DNA from: Antedon mediterranea
Lineage: Eukaryota > Animalia > Echinodermata
Direction: 5' to 3'
NCBI RefSeq assembly: GCF_964355755.1
Contig: NC_092676.1
Span: 10,889,888-10,953,887, forward strand
Length of the DNA stretch: 64,000 nt
The notes beneath the pieces were generated by a model, which worked only from the letters and a program-made list of their open reading frames with translations, was not told the origin of the DNA and ran no database searches. Positions 49,681 to 62,734 of the stretch are shown one piece after another; position 1 is the first letter of the stretch, and each line of letters opens with the position of its first letter. The position numbers were made by a program, and so were the translations under genes.

Positions 49681-51966
49681 CCCGGTGAGGGTGTTCGAGG
49701 AAGTGACGAAAATTTAGATTGTGATTACATTCAACTTCTTGATAAAAGCTCAGCTGATACTTTGTATAAACAATGTGAAGAAGAGATTGATTATTTTACA
49801 GATGATCTTGCAAAGGTGAAAGTGTTTGGTAGATGGTTTAATATACCTAGAAAACAGGTTAGTTTATCTTTATTTTTCTTCATGGTTTCATGACGTTAAT
49901 GTAGGCTACATACTATTACGTTTAAAAAGATGCATTTTTACATTTTAATTACCGGCCTACCGCACTGTTTTCGTTTTATGCAACAGAATAACAGTTAACC
50001 AGGCCTACCGCACTGTTTTCGTTTTATGCAACAGAATATTAACAGTTAACCAGAATCCAACTGATTATAATTGTATATACATAAGAGAAACATTTTTAAT
50101 AGTATGTTTCAACTCTGACAGGTTTCTTATGGTGATACGGGTTTAACATACAAATATTTAGGCAATATAGTGCCAGCCTTGCTATGGCCACCGTTCCTGA
50201 ACGATCTTCGAGATTATTTGAAAGAAGTCACAGGGTTCTACTTCAATTTTGTTTTGGTTAACAGGTACATATTTATTATATATCTATATATGTTTATATT
50301 TGTTATAATTACATTACAATTTGTTTTGTTTTTTTGGCCTATTTAATTTTAGTGCGTTGGGCTCTTATCAGTTGATCTCAATCTCAGGGGTGGCGCCAGG
50401 ATCTTCCCGACGCGGGTGCTACATTCCCCGACGAGGGGGCTATGCGAGCGAAGCGAGCATCACTAGGCTGGGGGACTGCGGGCCGCCAAGGGCCCCCCGG
50501 TGGGGGTCCAGGGGGAGAAGCCCCCGGAAGCAACGCGTTCTAGCGTCATTTGAGGTCTTTTTAATCAGATTTAGGGTAGCCATTTTTTCCATTTTTTATA
50601 ATGCATAAATAAAATACTGCGTGCAAAAAAACGATGCGCGATGACTGTTTCAATCCATATTTTTCAATTTAAAAAATAAAAGTTCAAAGAAAATTTAGAA
50701 AAATAGAGTTGGAGGTCCCGGAAATTGGACTTATTATACTTCAAAACATGAAACAAAATATATAAGTCCCTATCATGGTTGTGACTGAGCTAAGAAATGT
50801 TTGAAAAATAGAGATGTTAGGTCCCGGAAATAGTACTTCTTGTTCTTCGAAATATGACCAGCTTTATTGTTGGGGCTGAGCTAAGAAAATGTTTAAAACT
50901 AGAGCTGCATGTCTTCAAAAAAATTGCATTTTATACTGACAACCAAAACACTGCTTCAAAAAAGGGGCTGTACCAACGAAGTATCTGAACCAACCACATT
51001 TTACTTTAGGTCATTAGAAAGCTTGATTGATTAGCTTTTGCATGGTGAAACAGCCAATATCATTGGATAACTAGGTCAAACGTTATGAACGTTTTTGTAA
51101 AGATCTCAACAAATTGGCAAAACAAGCCTATTCTTTAACACAGGGCAATTTTCAAATCGTCTAACTTTAAAAATCAATGCCGACGACGTTTTAAGTTTTT
51201 TTTAAATTAAAAATAACATGACATCGTAGGTACTTAATTAGGCATTATAATGTCGAAACAGCCCAAAAATCGGACAGTCAATTAATAACAAAGTTACATT
51301 GAAAAAACCTAAAAAAATAGCTGTTTTTCGGTGATTTCGTGCCGTTTAGCGGAAATCGCCCGGATTTTTGGGTACATAAAACAAATTGTAATGAATAATG
51401 CAAAGCTTCCTTATGGTTACATTGTTTAACATTGATAATGATTTATTCTCCATTTTACTCTCAAGATTGTATAATTGAACAATATCAGTAATCAGTCTTT
51501 TCGTCAACTATTAGAATCTCTCACTTTTTTTAACCGCACAAAACTGTGTTTAATTATGTTGTACGGTTTATTGTTTTTATGCTAAAAAGTTAAGTGCAAA
51601 AAGGATATTTATTTTCTAGCTTAAATTACAGTACAATTTTTTTATTTTAATTTTTGTTTCTTTACTAGATATGCAGACGGTAATGATTCTATTGGAGAAC
51701 ATAAAGACGATGAGAAAGATATCAACAAATTTAGTTCAATCGCGTCCATTTCATTAGGTCAAACACGATTGTTTAGATTTCGCCATGGTGCTACACGTGG
51801 AAAGAGACACAAAAGAAGTATTGAACCAGTAAATGTTGATCTTAAACACGGTAGCTTACTATTGATGGATTATCCAACTAACGAGTATTGGTACCATTCA
51901 CTGCCTAAAAAACCATCCATCAAACTACGAAGAATAAATCTGACATTTAGAGATATTAAAAGATGA
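49681..51966 (+). CDS. ALKBH2: ALKBH2-like 2OG-Fe(II) DNA oxidative demethylase; exons ~49681-49857, 50122-50264, 51669-51966; start codon not found
   Basis: Spliced translation ENLDCDYIQLLDKSSADTLYKQCEEEIDYFTDDLAKVKVFGRWFNIPRKQ|VSYGDTGLTYKY...FNFVLVNR|YADGNDSIGEHKDDE...SISLGQTR...LKHGSLLLMDYPTNEYWYHSLP...RINLTFR. It is collinear with human ALKBH2; the HxD...H and RxxxxxR motifs are intact; introns are GT-AG. Confidence 0.88.
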
Positions 51967-52199
51967 GAAAAGGTCAGGATTACTTTAGAACGCAAATCTT
52001 ATTAGCAACAATTCATGAACAATTGTTCTAAATGTAATAGTTACATGTATCCATGTTTATCAAAATGTAATGGTTACCTAGCATACATTATTATTGGCGG
52101 CTGTCAAAAACTATTTTTAACAATTCGTTTCTTGTATCTTCCTTTTTTATTTATTGTAAATAATTTATTGTTGTGTTTGATTTAATTTTATGTTTTTAA

Positions 52200-52700
52200 C
52201 TTTTCGGACAAACAGAAAATCAAACAAAAACACTAATACTAATAATCATATTGATGTATCGATCTTCTCTCTAACCCAGATGTAGTTGTAAACGAAATAA
52301 ACCTAATTAATGACAGTCTTAAACAATGAAAATACTGTTAACAAAAAAAAAAGTAAAGGTAGCAATTGCTGCCTTCACCACGGCTACAGCTAGGTTGACG
52401 TATGAACTATTAGAACAAATTTCATTACTAATAAAACTAACCCTGACGAGTGGCAACCATCGTTTGGTGATTATTTGGGTTAACTAACAAACGAAATAGA
52501 TCCCAAAGACAGTAAATAATATATTTCTTGCTTCGTCTCGGGTGAGCCGAAAAATTACGTGATTATTATTAGATTCAGGTAAAACTGTTTGCAAAGTCAA
52601 AGGTTTGACTTTAAATTTCAAAAATTCAAAGGAAGTCAATTTTGAAATAATTAGTAACATGGTACAAGGAATGGGCCCGGAAAAAAATAACAACAACTAA
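52200..52700 (+). pseudogene. Protein-primed DNA polymerase B remnant (Polinton/Maverick/adintovirus type)
   Basis: FGQTENQTKT, DLLSNPDVVVNEINLIND, VAIAAFTTATARLTYELLEQ, WQPSFGDYLG*LTNE, FVSGEPKNY and GKTVCKVKGLTLNFKNSKEVNFE occur in the correct order; the YxDTDS motif is deleted; stops and frameshifts are present. Confidence 0.85.
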
Positions 52701-53582
52701 TTTAATTTAATTCTTCTTTTCTGTTGAATTATTATTATTATGTTTGTGAAGTGTATTGCAATAGATTTGTTTAATGAAATAAGTTAATTATGTTTTGACT
52801 TAATTTATGGCAGTGTAAATTTGTAAAAGTAGTTTTCCTATTTTAATTCATGGTAAATTTATTTCTTGACTTAATTCAATTTGTTTTCTGTTCTGTTGAA
52901 GTATTTTTATTATGTTTTGTAAAGTGTAGTGCAATAGAATGTGTATTGAAATAAATTTTGTTTTTAACAGCAACAATAAAAATGAAATTTGATCTTTGCG
53001 TGTTATTTAACTCCTGTATGATTTTTTTCTAATTTATTTATACAAAAAGAAAACAAGTTTTTGAATTTGTTAAATGTAATTGCAAAAACACATAATAAAT
53101 GATTGTGATTAAAAAATATTCTGTTTCCTTTTTTTTTTATTTTAAACAGTAGTATTTTTAACAGTAGTTATATTTTATATATAATAAGTGATATTACAAA
53201 AATAAACATACAAAATGTATAAAGCATAGACTTATTAAATTTAAATACAATTTCTTTATTTCAAAATGAATTTCATTTTCTACGTGTTTTCAATTTTAAA
53301 TCTTTTAAGAAAGACACAATACGTACTGCTAAAAAAACGCACAAAAAAGAAGACAAATTTGAGACGCACGGTATGTATAACGACACTTTCAATAAGAAGG
53401 CATATTATAAATGTATTTTTACCAAATTTATAAAGTAAATGGTTATTATTGAGAAATATACATTTTAGATAAATGATAACACATCTAAAATTAATTAGAG
53501 AGATCAATACAATATGGTGTTCATAATAATTTGTTTTGATGACTAGAGGAAACATCTGAAGACATTCAACGAAAAACAAGCG

Positions 53583-54140
53583 TTAACACCAGATACCAGT
53601 CACTAAGAATGCTACTACTCTGAAAAAAACATCTCCCTTCCTACACAGAAACAAATTCTGAACGAAAATAAAAGATAAAAAAATAAAAAAAATTAGTAAA
53701 CGAAACACGCGCATTATAAATAAAATGAATAATTTAAGAATATTTGTTAAACTACCCACGAACAAAAAACGAAACATACTAACCGATTCGTCGTCAGTAC
53801 GAAGTTCAAATAACGAAAACTTTTCCTTAAAAAATCCACAGGAGACACGTTTTACATTTTCTAACTGCAATTCAGTGTCAAATTGTGTCGCAACACATGT
53901 ACATACAACGAGTCCTGTCACAAGTATGCCGACATTTATTTTTCTATCGCTCATCATTTGTTCTAATACATAATACAGCGCTTCCGAAGAAATATCTTTA
54001 CACAATTCTAACACATTAAAATTGTTTTCCAACTCTTTACAAGCACAAATAGTACTCTGGAGGATGGGTGAATCCAAAACAACTAACCCCGTCAATTTAT
54101 ATTCAATGTATGCTAAAACCACTTCCTCTAAATCAACCAT
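53583..54140 (-). CDS. Intronless divergent Bcl-2-family-like protein (185 aa from the first ATG)
   Basis: BH4-like LEEVVLAYIEYKL (cf. Bcl-2 REIVMKYIHYKL), weak BH3-like LQSTICACKELENNF, BH1-like VLEQMMSDRKINVGILVTGLVV (cf. VEELFRDGVNWGRIVAFF), hydrophobic C-terminus; no clear BH2. Confidence 0.6.
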   Translation of the reverse strand: MVDLEEVVLAYIEYKLTGLVVLDSPILQSTICACKELENNFNVLELCKDISSEALYYVLEQMMSDRKINVGILVTGLVVCTCVATQFDTELQLENVKRVSCGFFKEKFSLFELRTDDESVSMFRFLFVGSLTNILKLFILFIMRVFRLLIFFIFLSFIFVQNLFLCRKGDVFFRVVAFLVTGIWC

Positions 54141-54779
54141 AACGCTCGACAAACAAATGATAATGGATGTAATGGTCAAGAAAGTTACAACTTAAAAGAA
54201 GTTGTAACATAGAAACTAATTTTGTCAGGAAATGTGTTTTTATCATTTATGTGATTTATTTGTGTTTAGAAAGTTACAACATTAACATTTAATTTGGTCA
54301 AAAAATGTGAATATACGGAGCCGATTGTAATTTTTAATCCTTAGTATAGTGAGAGATTTTATAAACAAAAAAAGAGCGAACGGAAATTAATGATTGCATA
54401 TTAGACATATAGAAATGGATTGAAATTAGAAATCCACATGATCAAAGAAAAGAAACCCATTGTTTCGACAGAAGCTAATGACATTTACAAAGGATGACAC
54501 AGAATAGAGTAAATACCGTATAACATAATTAAATTTTGTCGAGATAGTTGTCAAAAATAAATATATTATATTATACTGAATTTACTTTGTACATTTATTT
54601 AATTTAGGCCGTAATTAGGTTTGTTGTTCATTTATGATTGTGAAAAAAAAATACATACGAATAAAACAGCTATATATAAAAAAAAAAATAATAATGATTC
54701 AGTGTTTTAATTTTGTTTACCTGTCATTATGTTAATAAAACATATTCTAAATTTAATTTATATCATGTTAGATATATTT

Positions 54780-55490
54780 TCAAGGACATTTTTTACATAA
54801 AAATAAATTTGTAAAGAAATTTGTTACATAAGATAAATTTGTTAAGAAGCTTGTTTCATAAACATATTTGTGTAGATAAATTTGTTACATGAAAATAATT
54901 TTGTAAAGAAATTCGTTACATAAATTTATTTTTTACAAGAAGTTTGTAACAGAAAATTATTTTGCAAAGAATTAGTTGCATCAATTGATTTTATCAAACG
55001 TATGTAACATAAAAAATTATGTTGTTGATAAAAAATATTTTGTAATTCAGTCCATTTGCTCAGTAGTTTGTTTAAGTTGTTAAGTCTTGTTTGTGTAATA
55101 TTCTTGTAAATAAAAGAATTTATTTTTAACCGTAATTTTAATTGTAATTATTTTGTAAATATCATTTATGCATTTTTTTGGTGTAAATAATTGAATTTAT
55201 TTATACTTTTTGTATTGAAATAATTATACTAATTTTAAATATTATTATTTGTTTATAAATTTAATGGTGATTTTAGATTTCTTCTTCATTTAGTATGTCG
55301 ATTAATTTCAGATTCAGAAACATGTTACACAAGAAACAAAAATTGTCATGAAATTCGTTACATAAAAAATAATTTATCAAGAATCTTTTTTACATAAATT
55401 TAATTTTATCATTAAATTTGTTATAAAATGTATTTGTCATTAAATTTGTTACATAAAAAATAATTTTTTCATGATTCTTGTTACATGTTT
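54780..55490. repeat. Degenerate AT-rich repeats of AAATTTGTTACATAAA
   Basis: The motif (T/C)GTTACATAAA recurs many times at roughly 20-32-bp spacing in two clusters. Confidence 0.55.
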
Positions 55491-55609
55491 TCCTTTTGTT
55501 CAACTACTTATATGAAAATTCAAGTTAAGAACGCAATGACCCTTACCCTTACATTAAGTGTTTTCCTTAGGTAAGTGAATCCCTTAACTCATTTGTGAAT
55601 ACCCCTTAA

Positions 55610-58600
55610 GAGCCATTGTCTGTAAGAATCAAAGAAATATCAAAAAGAGTGGCAGACTCAAAAAAATGGATTTCTTTCAAATTTTGCACATGGCTATATA
55701 TGTCTTGAGAGAAATCAAATATGAAGTATTTTTTATTTCACACATATATTTCCATGGCAACGGCCAAATTTGTGTTTTTGACAAATTTTGTCCTTTTTTA
55801 AGGTTTTTTAAAATGGATATTGGTACTACTTTGATGAATGATATTTTTGTTTTGTTCATTTAATTATAAAAAATAATTAGTGTATGCATAATAACAATGT
55901 ATTGTGTACCTGTTTCATATTTTTTTTTTTTTTTTTATTTCATACTTTGGGAGATACCATTTATTTAGAAAAGGGTGTTTTTCACTTTTTTTAAATTGTT
56001 AAATGCAACTAAACTTTACTTCACCATAACGCCCAAAGAGGTGTATTTTTCAGCTGATTTATTACAAACAGGTAGTTCTATTGTTTAATAATTGATTTCT
56101 AAAATAAAATACTGGGGTAATTTAAAAATCTACAAGCAGTGTTGCCAGAAACATAGGCATTTTTATTTTTAAAAAATGGTATATTAGTAAAAACATTTTA
56201 TTTTCTTTGATTATCTGATTTGAAACTCATTGGTCAGAAAAATTCTTAATGTTTTATATAGTTCTAGTTGTGTTGTGAGAAAAAAATAATAATATTTTTA
56301 ATTATAGATTCTGTAATTTCCAGTTTTAATGTCATTTTATAGGTTATATCCTCTGGAAATTTGAATAAATTATCAGATCGTTGTGAATTTTAATCTTTGC
56401 AACAGATTACTCCTCTCTTATTTTGAAGCTCCTCTTTCATTTTTTTACTTCTTTTATTTGCTAACCTAAGCAGATCCCACATGCCCATCCACCACCACTT
56501 TCGACTACCACCCACACCCACCCACCATGTGATGGTTGGATTCAGTATTATTTATTAATTAATAATTATCTGATAATTATTTAATTTTCCTTAGTTATGC
56601 ATAGCAACAGTTACTATGGTAACTAAAATTGAGATATTCTTTAGATTTTTCATACTTACCTTATACAAATTTTAGTTTTACAAGGTCATATTCATAAGGA
56701 CTCTCTTCTGTGATTATTTTTATTCATGAAAACCCCATATTTTATTTACAGTAAGCGGCCACCTCAATTAACGGACGCACTTTGAAAAGCCTGTTTGTTC
56801 TTCCTATTAGTGCATTTGGTACCTACCGTAAGCGGCCACCTCCCGTAAGCAGCTTCGGGCACCTCTTTATACTAAAAATGAGATTTTTTGTATGATAAAT
56901 GACCTCCCGTAAGCGGCCACCCGAAAAATATGATACTTATTGCATGGACCTATGAATTAGAGGTCCATGTTTCTTTATATATTAGCTTTATTTCGAAGTG
57001 GTTTTAAAAACATTACTGTGAAGAGATGAGAAAACTACACAGATTTTGACCGACCATTTTTCATATGATAAAAGCTTTTAAAATGTGTCTGAAAATGCTA
57101 AAAAATACTAAACCACCTGATTAAAAATAATAATACAATTAGCTGGAAAATTGAGAGGCTCGTTTCGTTAAGAATATCGTGTATAGCCACAATACGTGAT
57201 TTTGGCCCTTTATCGGCAGAACCTCCCGTAAGTGGTCACCGCCCGTAAGCGGCCACTTTTCCAGGTCCTGAGGGTGGCCGCTTACGGGAGGTTCAACTGT
57301 ATTTAAGAAAACAATTATCCTTAGTTACGCATAGAAACAGGTTCTAAGATAACATAAATAATACATTTTGACATAATTTGACCCAACAAATGACCCTTTC
57401 ACAAGGTCAGACATTTTCTGGGATTCATTAGATAAGTAAATTTGGGAAAAAGTCGTGAAGCTATGTAATCAATTGTTTATAGTCATGAAACCCAATATTA
57501 AAAATATTATATATACTTAGTTACGTATAGAAACAGTTGCTACAATACACTATAGGTAAAATGTGTAAAATATAATTTTTTTTTTCATGAAAACTGCATA
57601 TTTTATTTAAAAAAAATTATCCTTAGTTACATAAACAGGTTTAAGATAACACTAAAGGTCAATTTTTTACGTTTATTCAGATTTGTCAAGACTTTCTTTC
57701 TGAGATTATTAGGATTCAGTATTTAAAGTAAATTTGACAAAAAGTAGAAATGTAAAACTATGTAGAAAAAATGTTTTGTATTTATGAAAAACCCCTTATT
57801 TTTTAAATATTTTCGCATAGAAACAGTTACTATGGTAAAATGTTGACCTCATTTGACCTAAGAATGAATGAATTTACAAGGTCAAGTTTTCATCACTTTA
57901 AGATTATTAGAATGTTTTTAAAAAAAAAATACTTTCCTTAGTTACACATAGAAATGGTTGCTAAGGTAACACTATAGGTAAAAAATAAAAATTGTTGAGA
58001 ATTATTATGAACTATCTTGTAAATGTTGATCAAACATTAATAGTTGTAGTAAAGTGGGGACCTGTCCTGTTTTGCATTCTGACCCCTTTTGACCTCAAAT
58101 GACCTACTTACAAGGTCAGATTTTTTGGGAGGTCCCTCTGTATCTCAAAATAGATGTAAAAATGTATAAAAACCATTGACGCAATTATTTCAAGTTTAAC
58201 ATTATTTTCCATCAACTAAATATTTCAATGCAAATACTGTTTTTCTGGCAATTAATTGAAATAAACCTGGCAACACATTCTCCTGTTTTATCTAAACTAT
58301 TCCTATGACTCTAGTAGCATTATGACAAGCCACATATACATTTTATTATTGGATTAGCCATATTTAAATTGTGTTTCATGTGTTTTGTTTGTTGATTTTT
58401 TGTGTGTATTTTTTTGTATTTTTCGTATTTTCCTGGCAACACAAAACCTATGTATGAAATTTGCCCCAGTATTTTTTTCGTGATTATTGTTGAAAAACCT
58501 ATTGACTATCAAATTATAAAACCTCATTGATATAAAAACACCACTTTGGAAGTTATAGGTACGTTTATGAGGTATACTTTTTAAAAAAAAATATTTTTTA

Positions 58601-58964
58601 AAAACACCCCTTTTTAAAATAATGGTATCAACCAAACTCCATTTTGTAAATTTTTTTTTTCTACATTAAATGGAACTCAATACATGTTGTTTATACTGCT
58701 ATAAAAAAAAACTGTATACTGTAAGTAATTTTGGTTAAAATAAGTATACAAGTTTGTACTTTTTCACTATAGAAAATCTGTGAAAAATGGCAAAAACATC
58801 AACATTTTGATAATTGACCGTTGTCATGGCAACGGAGGCTAAAAATTAAAGTGAATGTTGTAGATATGCTTTTTATTGAAATGTCTATTCATGGTAAAAA
58901 TTTGAGAGAAATCCATTTTTTTTACATCTGCCACCAAATCTTTGATTTTTACAGACAATGGCTC
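55610..58964. mobile_element. Kolobok-like non-autonomous element with long imperfect TIRs
   Basis: TTAA|GAGCCATTGTCTGTAA...TTACAGACAATGGCTC|TTAA (TSD 55606-55609, 58965-58968); RR..YY termini; inverted similarity continues for several hundred bp. Confidence 0.8.
56749..57299. mobile_element. Tc1/mariner (pogo/Tigger-like) MITE nested in the Kolobok-like element
   Basis: TA|CAGT...ACTG|TA with repeated CCTCCCGTAAGCGGCCAC sub-terminal motifs; the left TIR is partly deleted. Confidence 0.7.
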
Positions 58965-59315
58965 TTAAATTTCATTCACATTTATTAAAACAGTAACATT
59001 TGATTTTTAATAATAATATTAAATATTATATTCATATGGATTTTATAAACACACCTACTGTAGTGTTAATTGTCAAAAAACGACCAAACAATCCTAGGCC
59101 TAGCTAGGCTAAAACGCATAGGCCTAATACTAACAGGCCTACACCAGTAAGGCAAAAGGCACACCTTAATAATAAAGACGACCGGACACGTACGCCCGTA
59201 TTCTTAAACCGGACTTTAGTCGTAGTTCGAAGTTCGACTTGGAAAAGTCGTAGTTCGAGCTATTACTTCAAATTCGATTAAAAAACGAAGTAGTCGAAGT
59301 TTGCAGTTCGACTTA

Positions 59316-61631
59316 TAGTCCAGATCCCTATGTATTTTCGTGTGCAGATCATGGGGAAAGTGTAAACATTGTGTTTTATGAATATTTGAATCATGTTGGT
59401 TATAAAAACCCATGTTGTCAAATTTCTAAAATTTTTCTTTGACCTCTGACCTCAATTTGAATGTTTTGACCCATTGAAAACAAAATGATCATATCTTTGC
59501 AACGCTTACATTAAATGAAATAATTTTATTGTCAAATTATTTGGGAGATGCATATTAATATTCGTTCTAATGAAAAAGTTTGTCCAAAAATGGCTGGAAG
59601 TATGATTTTTGGCATATTTGACCTTTGACCTACATATCATATAACTCCATAACTAATAGTTGGACAAACTTCAAATAGGGCTCAAATTAATCTGAAGGTA
59701 TATGTTTCTATTCAGTCTAATAAGAACTTTTACAAGAAAATGACCCGAAATATTTTTATTGACCTTTGACCTGTACTGGTAGTACACATTTCTATAATCT
59801 CAAAAACTATTGGCCGTAAAATGGTTGTTTTTGTGAAATGGTTCGAAAAATTTACATTTATATGTTTTATAATAACAACATTTTATAGAAATGTAAAAGA
59901 ATTTTATTTATGATCACTAACTTTGTAATTTATTAACATCACTAGCATTTGTTATAATATTAAAATGTGTCATATTTGCTGATTTTAAGCACTTCACATG
60001 AATTTATCAGAAAATATGTGTATTTAATATAAAGTTGTTTTTTTTTTATATAAAGAAAATTTAATTATCTATCAAATAAGACTATTTTCAAATTATTATG
60101 GCTAAAACTTAATTAGATACAGGCAAAAAAGTGTATTTTTACTTATGTGAACAGCGCCCTCAATCTTCATTTTTTCTCAAAAAATACCACATTTTTATGT
60201 GGTTTCATAAACTTAGCTGGTTGTAACTTTTTAAAAGATTTGTTGTCAGTGACGTGTAACTTACATACACCTTCTACCATATATTAAGTAAGTTTCTGAG
60301 ATAAAATGAAAACAATATTTTTATAGCTTGATATTTTTCCTGAGGTTATTACACATGGTGCATGCTAAAAATATTTTGATTTTGTGCTAAAAATCCATCT
60401 TTTTGGTCCAGTACAAACAATCTTGTACAGCCATTCTTACACAAACAGCATATTTTATTGGAAAGATAATCACAATATCTATCCAATAAAATATGAATTT
60501 TGTGTATTAATATCTGCTAGATAGCTTTTATTAAACCAAAAAGATGGACTTTTAGCTCAAAATAAAAAAAAAAATTGTGTGTGTATCATGTAATAACCTC
60601 AACAAAAATATCAAGCTATCGAATATTTTTCTCAATTTTTTCAGAAACTGACCTAGTACGTTATAAAAGAGGTATGTACATTACAGGTTACTGTAAAAAG
60701 TCTTTAAAACAAAGTTATAACCTGTTTAGTTCAGGAAAACACATAAAAATGTGGTATTTTTTGGGAAAAAATGAAGATTGAGGGCGCTGTTCACACAAGT
60801 AAAAATACACTTTTTTGCCTGTATCTAAATAAGTTTTAACCATAATAATTTGAAAATAGTCTTATTTGATAGACAATTAAATTTTCTTTATATAAAAAAA
60901 AATAAACTTTATATTAAATACACATAATTCTGATAAATTCATGTGAAGTGCTTAAAATCAGCAAATATAACACATTTTAATATTGTAACAAATGCGAGTG
61001 ATGTTAATAAATTATAAAGTTAGTGATCATAAATAGAATTCTTTTACATTTCTATAAAATATTGTTATTATACAACATAATGTAAATTGTTCGAACCATT
61101 TCACAAAAACAACCATTTTACGGCCAATAGTTTTTGAGATTATAGAAATATGTACTACCAGTACAGGTCAAAGGTCAATAAAAATATTTCGGGTCATTTT
61201 CTTGTAAAAGTTCTTATTAGACTGAATAGAAACATATACCTTTAGATTAATTTGAGCCCTATTTAAAGTTTGTCCAACTATTAGTTACGGAGTTATATGA
61301 TATGTAGGTCAAAGGTCAAATATGCCAAAAATCATACTTCCAGCCATTTTTGGACAAACTTTTCCATTAAAACGAATATTAATATGCATCTCCCAAATAA
61401 TTTGACACTAAAATTATTTCATTTAATCTAAGCGTTGCAAAGATATGATCATTTTGTTTTCAATGGGTCAAAACATTCAAATTGAGGTCAGAGGTCAAAG
61501 ATGAATTTTAGAAATTTGACAACATGGGTTTTTATAACCAGCATGATTCAAATATTCATAAAACACAATGTTTACACTTTCCCCATGATCTGCACACGAA
61601 GGCACTTTTTTTGACATAGGGATCTGGACTA
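59316..61631. mobile_element. Academ-like foldback element, almost fully palindromic (2.3 kb)
   Basis: TAGTCCAGATCCCTATG / CATAGGGATCTGGACTA termini with TTA TSD (59313-59315, 61632-61634); arms mirror each other towards a centre near 60472. Confidence 0.82.
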
Positions 61632-62289
61632 TTATAGGCCTTACGGCGAAGCTGAAATGATGCCTGGAAAAGCAATCCCGTTCCTCATCAAGCATAATAC
61701 TTTTTTACCACATATACTGTTCTAAATAAATACTAATAGTACAAAAAGTAAAAGTTCCACAAAAAAATACCTGGCGTTTGGTGGAAAATTACCGTTAAAA
61801 TTGGTAAATATGCCAACGATTTCTTACGAAATAGCGAGGCTGAAACAACTGGTGGCGCACTATAACTAGACTGTACTATTATTATCACGGTTTATAAGAA
61901 ATATATAGGCAAGTTATTTATTATCAAAATAGATTTATTCTTTATTTTTTTAAATAAATTTGGTGAATACAAATTTATATTAACTCTAAAATTAAAATTT
62001 AGAGTTAATAATTATCCCCCGACATTAAAACATTTATAATTACAAATGGCTTCAACTGTTCGTATAATGGTTTCTCCCGACAGGTAGGCTATTACCGTAA
62101 TAGCAGTAGAAATACAGCAGCAATATTATGCGAAGTTTATACCGTAGGTTGTACAGAGTGACTGATATGATTTAACTGTGAAACATATAGAACACATATT
62201 CCTAGTAATAAACACCAATGCAATAGTAAATTTAAATTATTAAATAAAATACAAACATCAAATATTTGTTTTGTTTCAATGTAATTGTA

Positions 62290-62575
62290 TTTATTCTCAT
62301 GGTTAATATTTTTCTTTATATTCTCATGGTTACACAATTTCTTTTAATGGTTACACAATTTCTTTATATTCTCATAGTTACTATTTTTCTTTATATTCTC
62401 ATGGTTACAGTTTTTATTATTATATTCTCATGGTTAAATTATTTATTTATATTCTCATGGTTACAGTTTTTATTATTATATTCTCGTGGTTACATTATTT
62501 ATTTACATTCTCATGGTTACAGTTTTTATTATTATATTCTCATGGTTATATTATTTATTTATATTCTCATGGTTT
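62290..62575. repeat. Minisatellite of alternating ~25/29-bp TATATTCTCATGGTTA units
   Basis: ATTCTCATGGTT recurs about 10 times. Confidence 0.85.
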
Positions 62576-62734
62576 CCATTTTGTTTTCATTTTTTTTAAA
62601 TCTTTTTTTTTATTCACATGCTCACAGTTTCTGTTTGCATAACCATGGTTAGTGTTTCACATTGGTTATAGTGTAGGCCTATTACATTACAGTTACTTTT
62701 TATGATGATTTTGTTGCATTCAAAACCGTATAAA

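Noticed and set aside
50321-50608. GC-rich Arg/Gly-rich ORF in ALKBH2 intron 2
   Set aside because: It overlaps a hAT-like element end (CAGGGGTGGCGCCAGG at ~50385); no partner TIR was found, so it is neither a gene nor a delimitable element.
53280-53579. 99-aa ORF directly downstream of the Bcl-2-like ORF
   Set aside because: Non-ATG start, AT-biased composition and no recognisable motif; it cannot be supported as a gene.
62266-62652. Hydrophobic membrane-like ORFs
   Set aside because: They are translations of an AT-rich minisatellite.
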